Of a DNA stretch of 64,000 nt, positions 26,903-40,982 are shown piece by piece. Position 1 is the first letter of the stretch. Each line of letters opens with the position of its first letter. The DNA comes from Hemiscyllium ocellatum (taxonomy: Eukaryota), in assembly GCF_020745735.1 (NCBI RefSeq), contig NC_083405.1:41878345-41942344 (forward strand). The letters are read 5' to 3'. Both the position numbers and the translations under genes were made by a program. The notes beneath the pieces were generated by a model, which did no database searches, was not told the DNA's origin, and worked only from the letters and a program-made list of their open reading frames with translations.

Positions 26903-28249
26903 ATCCTTATTCTGAACATCTGTGACATGCCAGAATTTCTCCTCAGTCAGTGAATTTAAATTGCACTGCTCTTGTCAATAACAACCTTCTTTTTAAAAAA
27001 AAATAACATTGGAATTAAAAATTTGATACATCTATAGGTGATCTGGGGTTATAACTTTTGGTCATGTCACAGCTCAAGTTTTAAATCTTAAATTTGAAAT
27101 TTTAAATACAATACTAATTAACAGGCAACCAAACAGCCTATCAAGAAAATGCCAAAATTATTAGTAAATCATCTAGAAGTCATTTTGTTATTACATGTTT
27201 CTTTGCTCTGACTCAAATTGTACAAGTTTTAACGATTGGAAGAATCAGACATTGACATTACTCTTGGATGTGTGAGGGGTATGAATACTTACACTGGGGA
27301 TTACAGCTTTGTTTGCTCATATCAATAAGTGAACATTTACAAACGTTATGTACAGCTAAACTCTAAGACATGAAAGAATAGAGTGAAGAGGAGCCCATTA
27401 ACATAGGTATATTCACCAGATTCCTGTGTTTAGGTGCCAGTGTCTGAGCCAGAGCATTATTTCTACAACCAGACCTTTCTGCGTATCTTTTTCTATTATT
27501 TTCAATGCCTCAGATTGTAGAATTCCTAATGAGAAACTCATTAATTGGTGCCAAGAATGGTGCTTGGGGCAAGATTAAGTAAATTAGATTAACTGACACA
27601 AAGGTTCATGAAAACCTAAGTATCTATAAGGAGTAAAAAAAGAGTTAGAACTGACTAAAGTCAACAAATCTTAATATTGCAGTGTGCTTTCCAGACTCTT
27701 CAGGATAACTCTCATTGCCATAGCTGTGCATTTAAAATAGTCATGAAATGGCATGCAGGAAGGCTGTTTTCCCCTGTTCCTGTTTAAACGAAGCATCTGC
27801 CTGAATGAGTTGGGTGGGTGCACCACTGAAGGCTCTCCTACTAGAAACTTTGTCATTTATGCCAATGTGGGTGGTGTTCAGGCTATTGAATTACTGCCCA
27901 AAAGGTCCAGCGATAAGCAACTGGACAGAAAGCTTATGATGTTCTCGGCAGGCAATAAAGTCTGGTAGCCAGTTCCCTTCCGGACTTTTATTTATAGTCT
28001 GTCAAGGAATGCTGAGATTCATTACAATTTGTTTTATTAAGTTGTCATCAGGTTCATCCCCCTCTAAATTAACAGTAAGCAATAGAATCAGCGATGAAGA
28101 GGAGGGCTGGGAAATGGTCATAAAGGGGTGTTTCTACTTTTGAGAAAATGATTGAAATAGGTTAAATTAATTAACTGCTCACAAAATCATGTTTTTAGAA
28201 CATTTCTAAAATCTCAACACAAGTTTAAACGCAGTAATGTAAATGTGCC

Positions 28250-29560
28250 TTTTTCACCCTTGAGATGTGAATATTGCTGGCACAGCCAGATTGTCTTGCC
28301 TATTCTTAACTGCTCTTGAGAATGTGTGATGAGCCGCCTTCTTTAACTACTGCCGTCAATGCAGTGGCCCACCGACAGTACAGTTCAGGAACGAGTTCCC
28401 AGCAACAGGCAAGGAATGGTGATATGGTGCCAAGTCAGGATTATGTGTAGCTTGCTGGGAGAACTTGCATGAAACTGCTGTTCTTGTCTGGTCTAGAGAG
28501 TTGTGCTGTCAAAGGAGCCTTGGTGAGTTGCTGCATTATATTTGTCAATGTTCATCAGCAGTGGTCAATGGATACTGATAAATAGGCTGCTTTGCACTGA
28601 TGTTCTTCATTGTTTTCAAATCAGCACTCATCCAGGCAAATATGCATTATAGATGGTAGAGAGAGTTTAGGACATCAGAGTACAAGTTAATTGTTGTAGA
28701 ATTTCAAGCCATTGAACTGCTTTTATAGTGATAATATTTATCTGACTGGTCCAATTCAATTCCTGGTCAATGGTAAGCCCCAGGATGTTCATGGCGAGAG
28801 TTTCAATGATGGTAATTCCATTAAACTTGAAGAGAAGATGTCGGGTATTGTCACTGGAGGTAGTAATTGTCTGGTATTTCTATCGAGGTTGGTATTCACC
28901 ACTTCTCAGCTCAAGGCAGATTGTTATCTCAAACTGGTTACAGGCAGGTAAGGATGGCTTCATTTTCTGAGTAGTCACGGAGAATACTGAACATTATAAA
29001 ACCATCAGTGAACCTCTCCTCCTCTGAGCTCATGCTTGAAGGTAAGATATTAATGAGACAGCTGAAAGTGGCTGGGCTAGTGGACATCCTTAGCAACTCC
29101 TGCACTTGGGTTGTGGAACTGAGATGATTGACATCAAATAACCACAGCCTTATTCTGTTGTGTCACAAATGACTCCAACTTGTGGAGAGTTTCTCCCTTA
29201 ATTTCTACTTCAATATTGCCAAGGTTTCTCAATGCCACACTTGTGTTAAATAATACCTTAATGTCAAGGACTTACCTCACCTCAGGAGTTTGGTCCTTTT
29301 GTCCATGCTTGAACCAAATCTGTAATGAGGCCAGGGTTTGAGTGGTGCTGGCAGAAGGTAAAGTGAGCACTGGGTGAGCATGCTATTGCGGAATAAATGC
29401 CAATTGATTATGTTGTCAGCAACATCTTTCTCTATTGATGATTGAAAGCAAACTGATGTGGCAATGATTTGCCAATTATGTTTGAGTTGTTTTCAGTGGA
29501 CAGGACATACCTGAGCAACTTGTCACATTTTTGGATAGCTGCCAATGTTGTAGCTAATAG
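28250..29560 (-). mobile_element. Old LINE relic (CR1/L2-like); related pieces at about 20880-21900
   Basis: Shares blocks with 20880-21900 (e.g. ggtcaatggt, gatgtg...gctggc..gccag). Reverse-strand LDIK..F...W.-like RT remnant near 29230-29270. Confidence 0.5.
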
Positions 29561-29954
29561 CCAGTTGTACTTTAACATCTCACAAATGGGTAATGAGTAT
29601 GTTACCCAGTATAAATCCAGTACTCAAAACAAATCTGCTATGAAGTATGCAATTCTAGTCTAAAAGATATGAATATTTGCAGAAAACATTGTACCAACCT
29701 AGCTCTGGAAAACCTGATGATATCCACAATGAAGTGCCAAAAATGTTGACAACCAAGTAAGACAAGGAAGAGACATATTTTGGGACATATGTAATGAACT
29801 TTAGGTAAAATACCAGAAGACTTAGAAAGGAGAAAAAAATTACATAGCCTAAAGAAGACCACAAAGTGGGACATGTCTATTATTGCTAAACAGCTATCTC
29901 GGATACAAAAATATAAGAGGTACTTAGCAGACTTCTTAGTAAAATGTAAATCAC

Positions 29955-30203
29955 TACTGGGCATTACTTTGAAAAAGAGCAGTGATGTCTCCCAGACTCC
30001 TGGCCAATATTTGTCACTAACCCCCAACACCTAGCACAAATTATTTGGTCATTACCACTTTGCTGTTTGGGGGACCTTGCTGCGTGCAAATTGACTGTCG
30101 CATTTCCTACAGTACACAGTAGCGACACTTCAAAAGTAATTTATTGGTTGTGAAGCATTTTCGTACTCTGTGAAATGTGAAGTATAAATGCAATTCTTTC
30201 TTT
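29955..30203 (+). mobile_element. Deu-domain SINE (SacSINE1/AmnSINE-like), partial
   Basis: Contains ctcctggccaatatt ... ttgctgcgtgcaaattgactgtcgcatttcc ... acacttcaaaagtaatttattggttgtgaagcattt and ends tataaatgcaattctttcttt, recognised from recall of the DeuSINE core and tail. Confidence 0.65.
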
Positions 30204-31739
30204 AATGGACAGAAAATCATAGGCTGTATGCCCTGCGACATGCTCCCTGCTGGAAGTACAGGAGTGCAGAATTAGCCTTCATGTTTCAATCCCACTGCTC
30301 TTATGTTTAAAGGTGTACTTCACATATAATTGGATAGCACAGTGAAGAACAGTTGCTGATTCCCAGACTATATGTTGCTGATGTTGCAAGCCATTATAGC
30401 TCTGTTAGCAAAGGAAAGTTTAAAGCCATTAAACCATTTAAAGATTGAAGGGAAAAAAACTAATTTTATACTGAATATTGTTCAAATATTCTTAGATTGG
30501 TGCAATATTTTATACAAATATGTCTACAAAGTGAATGTGCTCAAGCCTGTAAAAGAATGAAGATCTGGGTAAATTTACTTGTTTAATAATGATGCATCAT
30601 CTGTTTGATTTGTAGAAGGTAGAGAACAAATTTATCTCCATTTGAACTGGAAGAGCAGCATTTGCTAAAGCACTGAACAACATTGTCTTTAATTCTCAGT
30701 GCAGTTGTGCAAAGTATCTCATTCCTGCTGTGAACCCCTTCACAGTGTTAATTATGCTGAGAACAATTGTGACCTTGCATCAGCTATTAGTGCATTGTGA
30801 ATGATAGTCATCTTGCAGGTCTTCCTCAGTCAAATGCCCTCACCTTCACAGGCTGTTTGTTGGTTTAGTACTGCTCTTCACTTATGCCTAGGAATTCGAT
30901 CCTGGTGCAGTGTACATTTAACTTGGTGCAATCTACACCACCTCTGCTCAGAATTATAAGAGTGTTGTCCTTCCTTTGCTTTCAGCTGCACTGTTCTTCC
31001 TGAGCTATTTGTGTGAGCTACCTGGGGATGTCTGGCTGCACTCAAGCCATTGGGTAAAAAGCTCATCTGTAGTGTTCACTTCTGACACTGCTGCGCTAAT
31101 ATTTCGAAGTATTCCCCTTCCTTAAATCCAACCTGACACAAAATAATGTATTCATTGTTTATCTCAGCATAGATCTACCTGAGTTTTCTTTTATTGTGAA
31201 TCATATAATGTTAGGAAGCAGCACAGCAAAATGGCAATGAGCCATGATGTGAAATGGCTGGACAGGCTTGTGGGGCCAAATGGCCTACTCCTGCTCATAT
31301 GGTCCCATGCTGGCCTTTTGCTCATTAGTTTTACGAATGCTTGTTCATCCATTTATGGAGAAATGAGAACACAGAGAGCAACCATAAACACAGAAGCCTG
31401 GCTTTTTATCCCTAACTTCCATGCTTTGCATGATCAAGAAGAAGACATCCTAACTAGAGTGAGACCCAACCCGAGTGAATACATAATTCAGGGGATTTGG
31501 AGGCAGCTGGGAATTCAGTGCAGAGGTGCTTTTTGCTTGCTTTTTTTGGTTCATAGTTTGTAAAGTTTTTAATGAATAGGATAAATTAAAGCCCAAAAGC
31601 ACAGAAGAGTGACATCACAGATAAACCGTAAGTTAATTGCTTGGTGGTAATTTACCTATCCATCATAGAAAAATTTCAGAATGAAAGTAAGTAAAGGACA
31701 GGCGACAAACTAAAAGACGAGAATGAAAATATAGGAGCG

Positions 31740-34700
31740 AGAAATGTAGGTGTCATTAGGAATACTTTAGTTAGGGTAATAGACATGGATTCTCTGTGGC
31801 CAGGATCGAGTATGCTATCCACCTCCCCTCCCTTCCCCCCCACCCCCCCGCCTCCCGCCCCCACCTCCATCCGAAGGCTGTGTTGTCTGCCTGGTGCCCA
31901 GCTTCAGGATACCTCATCTGGGCTGCAGAGCGACTTGGTGTAAGCGGGGAAAACCCAGTTGTTGTGGTCCACAGATGAACTGATGACACAGACAGAAAGA
32001 GGAAAGAGGCTCTTTTGAGGGAATCCAAGCAACTAGGAGTTAAACTAGAAAGCAGAACAAAAAGAAAAGGTCATAACCTCTGGATTACTACCTGAGATAT
32101 GAGAAAGTTGGCACAGGATCAACAAGATTAAAGAGGTAAACATGTGGTTCAGAGGTCGGTGTGGGAGAAATTCAAATTCATGGGACATTGGCACCAGTAC
32201 CAGGGAACGAGGGAGCTCCACCTGGATCATGCTGGGACCAGAGTCCGGGCAAAGCACATAACAAGGGCTGTGGATCAGGCTTTAACCTAAATAGTGGGAG
32301 GGTGGGTTCAGTTGTATGGAAAATTATGGAACAAATTAAAGCGATGGAGTGCTCAATTAAAAAAAGAGCAAGCTAATGTTTCAAATCTAGATGATTCGTC
32401 ATCAGAGTCTCTGCTTGCTTTCTCTCCATGAATGCTGTCTGACCTGCTGTGATCTCCAGCATTGTTGTTTGCAGTCCAGATTCCAGCATCTGCAGTAATT
32501 TGCTCCTAACTAAAAAAGACAGACAATATGGAAAGGGTTAGCAATCTAACTTCAGGCATAGCAGATGAGGGGACAACTATGACAAAGGAGGTAGTCAATG
32601 CAGGATGTTGTACTTAAATAGACACAGTGTACAGAGAAGGTAAATGAGCTTGTAGCAGATTGAAATTGGCAGGTATAACATTATGGGTATCATAGAGATG
32701 GAGCTGCAAGGTAATCAGGGCTGGGAACTAAATGTCCAATGAACCTCATCCTATCAAAAGGACAGGCAGATGGGCAAAGACGGTGGGGTTGCCTTGTTAA
32801 AAAGATATGGAATTAAATCAATAGCAAGAAGTGATAGTACAGTCAGAAGGCAATAGAAAGTGTGTGGGTACAGTTGAGAAACAGCAAAGAAGGAAAAACC
32901 TTGATAGGCGACATGTACCAACTTCCTAGCAGGGGTAAGGATGTGGGGAAGACATTAAATCATGAGATAGAAAATATATGTAAGAAAGGCACTATTTAAT
33001 AATGATGGTGGACTTCAATATGCAGGTGGACTGGAAAAATCATGTTGGTATCAGATCTCAAGAAAAGGAGTTTGTGTAGTGTCTAGGAGTTTTTTTTGGA
33101 GCAGCTTGTGGTGCAGCCTGTGAGGGAGCAGAAAATGTTGGATTTGGTGATGTGTAATGAGACAGACTTGATGAGGGAGCTTGAAGTAAAGAAACCCCTT
33201 GGCAATAGTGATCATAACATGATAGAGTTCACCTTGCAGTTTTTGAGGGAAAAGCTGGAATCAGATGTAATGATATTACCGTTGAGTAAAGGTAACTACA
33301 AAGCTGACCAGAGTTGATTGGAAGGGGAGTCTAGCAGGGAAGATGGTGGAGCAGCAATGGCAGGAGTTTCTAGGAGTAACTGAGAGGCACAGCAGAAATT
33401 CATCCTAAGGAAAAAGAAGCATACTAAGGGGAGAACAAGGGACCCATGGCTGACAAGGGAAGCAAAAAAAAGCACACAAAGTGGTAAAGATTAATGGGAT
33501 GTCAAAGGATTAGGGAGTCTATAAAAACCAACAGAAGATAACTAAAAAGCAATAGGGGAGAAATTTAAATATCAGAGTAAGCTTACTGGTAAGATAAAAG
33601 ACTTGAAGAAATATTTTGGATATATCAAAGGTAAGAGAGAGGCAAGAGTGGATAATGGACCAATAGAAATAAGGCTGGAGAAGTACTTTTGGGAACAAGG
33701 AAGTGGCAGAGGAACTGAATTTTACATTTTACATTTTACATTTTACATCAAGTTTCACAGTGGAAAACACCAACAGTATAACGAGAACTTCAAGAGATTT
33801 GGGGGCAGATATGAGTATAATGATCATCACTAAGTAGAAGGTGCTAGAGAAGCTTGACAGATCTGAAGGTGGATAAATTACCTAGACCAAATGGACTACA
33901 CCCCAAACTTCTGAAGGAGACTGCTGAGAGGATTTTAGAGGTATTGTTGTGATCCTCCAGGAATCACAGGAGTTATGGAGGTTCCCAGAAGACTCTGTCT
34001 AAGAAAGGAGGGAAGCAAAAGACAGGAGATTATGGGCTAGTAAACCTGACCTCAGTTGTCGGTAGGAATTTAGTGTCCATTATGAACAATGAGATTGTGG
34101 ATTGCTTGGAAGTACATGGTAAAAGCACAGCTTTGTTAAGGGAAGATTATACCTAATAAACTTGTTGGAATTCTTTGAGGAGGTAATGAGCAGGTTAGAC
34201 TAAAAAGAGCCACTCAACGTGGTGCATTTGGATTTGCTGAAGGCTTTTGACAAGGTACTACTTTGCTAAATAAGGTAAAAGCCCATGGAATTGGGGGCAA
34301 AGTACTGGCATAGTTAGAGGATTGGTTGACTGGCAGAAGGCAGAGAGTAGGGGTAAAGGAGTCTTTTTCAGAGTGGCAGTCAGTGACTAGTGGAGTTCCG
34401 CAGGGGTCTGTGTTAAGACCACAATTATTCATGGTATACATTAATGATCTGGACAAAGGAACTGTAGATGACACAAAGGTAGGTGGAGGGGCAGGTAGTA
34501 TTTCAGGATGGCAGTCAATGATGAGTGGAGTTCTGCAGGGGTCTTTGTTAGGACCACAACTATTCATGGTATATATTAACGATCTGGACAAAGAAACTGT
34601 CGATGACACAAAGTTAGGTGGAGGGGGAGGTAGTGTTGAGGAAGCAGGGAGGCTGCAGAAGGACTTGGACAGGAAAGGAGACTGGGCAAAAAAGTGGCAA

Positions 34701-35520
34701 AGAAGAATATAATGTAGGAAAGTGTGAGGTTATACACTTTAGTAGGAAAGATAGAGGTATGGATTATTTTCTAATTGGAGAAAGACTTCAGAAATTTGAA
34801 GCAGAAAGGGACTTGGGAATTCTAGTTCAAGATCTTCTTAAGGTTAACGTAGTTAGGAAGGCAGTTAAGAAGGCAAATGAAATGTTAACATTTCAAGAGG
34901 GCTTGCATACAAGAACAGAAATGTACTGCTGAGGCTCTATAAAGCTGTGGTCAGACTGCATTTGGAATACTGTGCCAATTTTGGGCTCTGTACCTAAGGA
35001 GGAGTGTGCTGGTGTTTGAGAGGGTCCAGAGGAAGTTTACATGAATGATCCTGAGTATAAAGATCTTGCCATATAAGGATTGGTTTAGGATGCTGGGTCT
35101 GTACTTGATGAGTTTAGAAAGATGAAAGGACATCTAGTTGAAACATACAGTATGCTGAGAGGCCCAGAGAGATTGGACATGGAGAAGTTGTCTCCATTAG
35201 TAAGAGAGACTAGAACCTGAGGGTACAGCCTCAGACTGAAGGGATGACCTTTTCGAACTGTCATGAGGAGGAATTTCTTTTAGGCCGAGGTGGTAAATCT
35301 GTGGAACTCTTTGCCGCAGACAGTTGTGGAGACCAAGGTATTGACTTTTTTAAGACAAAGATAGATAGGTTCTTGATTGGTAAGGGGGTCAAGGGTTATG
35401 GGATAAGGCAGAAGAATGGGGTTGAAAAATACATCAGCTATGATTGAATGGCAGAGCAGGTGCAATGGGATTAATGGCCTAATTCTGCTCCTATTTCTTA
35501 TGATCATATGGTCTTATAAT
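31740..35520 (+). mobile_element. Long decayed CR1 LINE (ORF1 remnant, EN, RT, 3' UTR)
   Basis: LDLVMCNETDL...LGNSDHNMIEF (33096..33317), [19 protein letters not shown] (34326..34712), [11 protein letters not shown] (34618..34932). A small PLE-tail piece is inserted at about 32390-32510. Confidence 0.85.
34366..34635 (+). repeat. 135-bp in-frame tandem duplication inside the CR1 RT
   Basis: Two 45-aa units within ORF 34326..34712. Confidence 0.9.
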
Positions 35521-38500
35521 GTGCTGAAGCAGGAGAAATCGCATTTGCACAAACCCAAATTTTATAAGTGGCCAATTTTCATGGTGAGTGGTGGCAGGCT
35601 GAATTAAAGTCTGGGCTGGGTGACCCAAGAAGAGTCAGTTCCAGGGGCATGCTGGGTAAAAGCCTCTCTTAGGCTCCAGCATTCTATTCAATGGTTAAAA
35701 CAAAGACTTTCAATGAACTATTCTGATTACCCTCCCCTCACCCAATTACACTCCTTACCCTTTCCATGCTATTGTCTACCCCTGTATCCATCCCAATACC
35801 CCCTCATAGCCTCTGTGTCATTCACTGGCCTCTAACCATCCCATGTATCTACTCATACCACCTGTGCTATCCAAATGGAATCATTAATCTCCATTCCAGT
35901 CAACTCATGCCCTAGACTTTTCCCTCCACCTCGATGTGAATTCAGTTAACATCCACTGTGGGCAAAACTCAGATGGCATGCTGACACTGTCTATTGATCT
36001 TGGTATTGGGAAGAAAAATTAGTGATAAGAAAATGAGGAATGTATTGAAATTTCTTAAACTAATTGTTTATAAAAACAAGCATGTCACCTTAAGTGCTTA
36101 AACCACAAATACATAATCCCTTGTCTCAACGAACCTTTCCAGTCAATTAGCAGTTATAGCTGTCCATCAATAGACACCTCATTATGAAAATGATAGTTTG
36201 GGAAATCAGTCATGCAGCAGAAATCCTGTAATAATTTTGTAGGAACAGACACTCCGAAATGCTTAGCAGTTTTTTTTAACTCAACACATTTTTTTGGACT
36301 ATTCCTTTATGATTCTGCCAGTCCCAATGTTTTATGCATTTTTTTTACAAGCATGTCTTTTCACAATCCCAGATGGTTCCTTACTTCCAACACAGAATGT
36401 CTAATCTCTCCGGTAGCATGTATTATTAAACCCCTCATCCCCAAAGCTGTATAAGTACCTGATCCGAAATGGTACATTGCTTCTCCTAAAGTGCATATAC
36501 ATACAATAATCTGCCAGCTATCATATCTTAGATCCTCATCACATCCCCATATCTCCAAATGCCTCACCCCTTCCATTTCGTACTGCCAAATGCCCTCTGC
36601 CCATCCCTCATGATCTCTCATATCCTAATATCTGTCTTTTCATTGTCTACCTACCATGATATAGTCATTGATTATGTTCTGTGAGTACTTATTAACATCC
36701 ATGCTCGTAGCAGAAAAAGGTATGGTTATGTTGCTTAAACTTCTATACTGTAGGCAATACACAATGGAGAACTACACTCTCATTCACATTTTGATACTTG
36801 TTGGTACTTGTTGCCAGGTGAACATCAACTGTCACTTCCAGATAATTCTGGACAGGTCAACATTTGGTGACACTTTGTGACACTTCTAGACAGATGTTGA
36901 CAAATTGGACAGTTCCATGTTTTCTGTGCACCTTTTACACATAGCTTTCTGCAAAATTAACAGTTCCAATGCACAAGTGATCCTCACACCCAAAAGATAT
37001 CTGACCCCATGCCCACACAATTCTTACCACTGACCAGAATGACCCTGACCCCAAGATCATATCTGCAGGGATACCTCAGCTCTGGAAAAAAAAGGTACCC
37101 TTGGCTATCCAAAAGAAGTGCGTGGAGAACACGCCTGAGTTTACTTGTTTTACTCTCCAGGGCCCCAAAATCTGACTTTGGTGGTTGCAGCTGATCAGTG
37201 GAATGACCAGCTACGTCAGGGAGCTGTATATGTGCAAACTACAGATGACCCTTAATTCCTCATCTCCACAAAAGTGAGAAATGCCAGAAAAAAGCATAGA
37301 AAAAGCTGGAGAAACTCAGCAGGTCTGGCAGCATCTGTGGAGAGTGGAATAGAGTTAATGTTTTGCATCCAATATGACTTCTTCTTTCTAACTGCAAGGC
37401 ATTGGAAAAAGATGTTTTTATATATTTTTGACAAAGAGGCATGAGAATTGCTAGGCTTAGGCAGGATTTGAATTTTCCAAATTCTTCCTGCATTTTCATC
37501 ATGGTGGAGATATTCTGTGCCATGGCAAAAATCAAGTCCAGAATCATAGCTTGCTAAGCATTCATTGCTGAGATTCCACCATCAGTCGTTCAAGGTACAT
37601 TTTTGCCAGAATGATCAAAATCCATAATGTTCGGTTCCAAGAAATGATCAGTACAGGTGCCAAAAAATAACTGATGAATTATCAAAGATAGAAACAAATA
37701 TATTCGAGCAAGGCTAAAAATATGCCAGAGTGCCACAAGACTGTAGTCAATCATGCTTGGCACTGCCATAGCCTCACATTATGTGGTTTGTATGTGTGTT
37801 GTTTCCACTTGTCTTTGTTCTTAAGTATAGCTCAGAGCACAGTGACTTTCATGGTTAAACTGTGAACATTGCATTCCTGAAGTTAGACCAATTTTAAATT
37901 TAGTACAGACCTTGTAGATTTGATTCACTCCGCTCTGCAACTTTTACTGTAGATTGTGACCATTGGTATAACTATGACTATCATCTATAACTTGCCAAAA
38001 CCATACAAAGCGCCTCCTGTATGACATCATCTTTTATATTAAAAGTCATGCATTCTAGTTTGTAGAGAAAGCCGAGCGTGTGAATTTTTTGCAAATTTTA
38101 TTCACGTTGGATGGATGTAATAGTTGCTTTGATTCTCAGTCACAAAAAGAACTGTCTCTCAATAGTTTCCCTTTTTTATAAATGGAAAGTATATGTCGTA
38201 GCTATTATTTTACATATACACCATTTAAGCAAGGTGTACATTTCTCCAACGGACCTTCAAATACTTGTAATTTCCTTTCACTATAATTTATTTCTGATAA
38301 GTTCACAAAGAAAATAGTGGGTTGAGTATGGAACTCCAAATTTTTATTTGCTATTTCAACGCGTGGAGAAAAAAAAACTCATGTTAATTCAATCTGCTTT
38401 CCAAATCATAGCAGCAGTATAAAAATGGTTGCTCTCATCCTTGTAATCAGTTGCTCAGAGCACAAGGGCAGCATTCCCTAGTGTCTCATCTGTGAACTAA

Positions 38501-40735
38501 TCTTTCATTTCATAGCAGATCTTTCCATATCAAACAACACAAATGGCTCAATTTGCATGACAGGATTTGTAACGGGGCAAATCTAGTGTCAAACTCGATT
38601 AAAGATTACACTAGAGAGCTATCATAATCAGCACTCTAATGAGCCTAAAGAGTACATATAAAGTCTCCCCTCTTTGTCATTCCAGTCATGTAAAAAGGGA
38701 ATGTGTTTCTTTTCATCCACAATCCAGTTCTTTATTTTGCTCATTATGCCCTGTGTGGATCGCAAGTCATGTCAGGCTGGTTTCAGAGGGGGAGAATGGG
38801 GAATAATAAAGCAAACATCACTTCACAAATGACACTGCTTCGTATAAGCCAACGTTTGAAGCCCTAATTCTTCTAATCTGCAAAATAGTGAATACTAATG
38901 GGTTTTTGCTTTTGTGACTGCTGATGCATATAAAGAAAAACTTTAATGAGCTGCCTGGGTTGTGCTTACAGATACCTGTCAAATGTCTGTCATTTTAGCT
39001 ATCATTGGTGCATTTTAAGGTAGGGAACAGCCAAAGGATGACAGTATTTGTGCAAGCATTCTTCATACTAAATTGTGCAATTTTCCTCATGTCATAATTT
39101 TATCATATCCAGCAAGCTAGGTGGCTTCTAAAGATGGGACAAAGGATGTGTTCACTCCTACTAACTGTCTTGGAAGAATTCAGCCAATTCTTGTTCTCAA
39201 GTAGATATTGTGTTAAGCAGAATCCACGTATCATCATGAAAAGGCTTTATAACACAGTCTGTGCTTACTTAAGTCACACAGTCCTCTCCTGCTAAACAAT
39301 ACATAAATCTTGGTCACAATTATTACAAATCCTCTTCAGCACTGCATCCTGTGTCTCTGAAAACTACTTCCCTGACCTAGTCAGTGTACCTCTGATCTCC
39401 TGCACCCCAGAAGCTGTCACAAGTCTCCCTCCTTCCCAGGAGTTGAACACACAATAGAGAATAGGCCCTGGCTGTGAGGTTCAGCAGCCATTAACCCCTA
39501 CCAGCTGTTCCTGCAGGGAGGCTTCTGTAGCTGAATGTCCTTTCTCTGTGGAGGCCCTCATTTCCACTAATCTAACTATTGTTTGTGAGGAATGCTGACA
39601 GAAGAAAAGAAATTTTTCTTGTGTCCATGCAAGCGTGTGTATCTGTGTGCGAGAGGAGAGAAGCTGAAAGCTAATTTTCTTTTGCTGGCATCCTAGCAGA
39701 AGAAACAGGACTGCCATAAGTTAGCAAAGATACTTCCTTACTTGTTTGCTTTAAATGGTTAAACAGGCCAATTTTTTTTGCTGATAACCTTTGAGAAAAT
39801 ATAAAAATTGGCTCAGTAATTACACATTGAGCTCCTCAAGAAAACAGAGAAAGCTACATAAATGTTTTCATTTTGATACATTTGAAGAAATCAATATTTT
39901 CTGCAGTATTTTTACCACACTATAACGATTTAGGATGGATCACATTTTAAAATTTTCAACGACGTTCAGAGAATTGGCTCCTAAATAAAACCTGAAATTA
40001 TACCGTTTAACATGCTTTTGGACTGAGATGCAATAATCTCTTGATGCCAAGCAGAGGTTATAGGCAAAAGACTGAAAAAAAAATGACAAATAAGCTCATT
40101 ACGGTTCCAAATAGTACCTTTTCCAGGGTTCAAATCAAACCTGGAAACAGTGACAATTACCAGATAATATGGCATTTCTTGTGGAAAAAGAGATCTCATT
40201 TGATACTTTAATAATTGTGGTTCCAAGTGTGTAAGGAGGTTGTAGTAATTATTTAAAACAGTCTGGAATTAAAGCAAGATCAGGCCAGGAAAATGTGTGT
40301 AGTCTGTTGTATTAACAAACTTATTCACCAAAATTCTGAACTTCCAAAAGTCAGCTTTTCTCCAATTTATTTTTTTATTTAATTCTACCACTACATTTTG
40401 ATTATGGATAGACAACAGTTGGCCCATTTCAATTCAAATTAACAATAATCCATGTAAAGATCGTATTTTCCAGGCAATTAGACTATATGGGTGAGGGAAA
40501 GCACTTTGAGTTAATAAACCTCAACTCTGCATCTGTTCCCATGTCCAGTCTGTTGTAATTTGCTTTCACTCTGCCAGAAGAAATCAAAATGACTTGTGCT
40601 AGTACAAAACTTGGACTTGTGGCTGTGAGAACGCGTAAGAATGTTTGAAACATCTTTTAATCTGAGGTGGTTGAAAAAAAAATCATAAACAACAGCTGAA
40701 GCATGTGGCATATACAGCACTCGTCCTGTTGTGAC

Positions 40736-40875
40736 NNNNNNNNNNNNNNNNNNNNNNNNNNNNNNNNNNNNNNNNNNNNNNNNNNNNNNNNNNNNNNNNN
40801 NNNNNNNNNNNNNNNNNNNNNNNNNNNNNNNNNNNNNNNNNNNNNNNNNNNNNNNNNNNNNNNNNNNNNNNNNNN
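40736..40875. other. Assembly gap (140 N)
   Basis: Seen directly in the sequence. Confidence 1.
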
Positions 40876-40982
40876 GGAGGCTCCACCATCGCTGCCTCTT
40901 TTACTGCCCCTTTTGTGCCGCCTTTTGATGTGCACTGAAGAGATCGGCCTGTGTTTGGGGCTCTTCATCTCCAGTTCATTGC
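40876..40982 (-). CDS. Candidate coding exon fragment of an unidentified gene (NELEMKSPKHRPISSVHIKRRHKRGSKRGSDGGAS), running into the gap
   Basis: Non-repetitive and GC-elevated. Only one minus-strand frame is open across this span. A possible acceptor cag lies at 40983-40985 with a weak pyrimidine tract. No homolog recognised. Confidence 0.3.

Noticed and set aside
31820-31870. C-rich/G-rich tracts (also about 130-230, 51650-51800 and 59848-59862) as functional G-quadruplexes
   Set aside because: All lie within LINE or PLE sequence, and nothing supports a locus-specific role.
33718-33748. (TTTTACA)n short repeat
   Set aside because: Slippage expansion inside a dead CR1.
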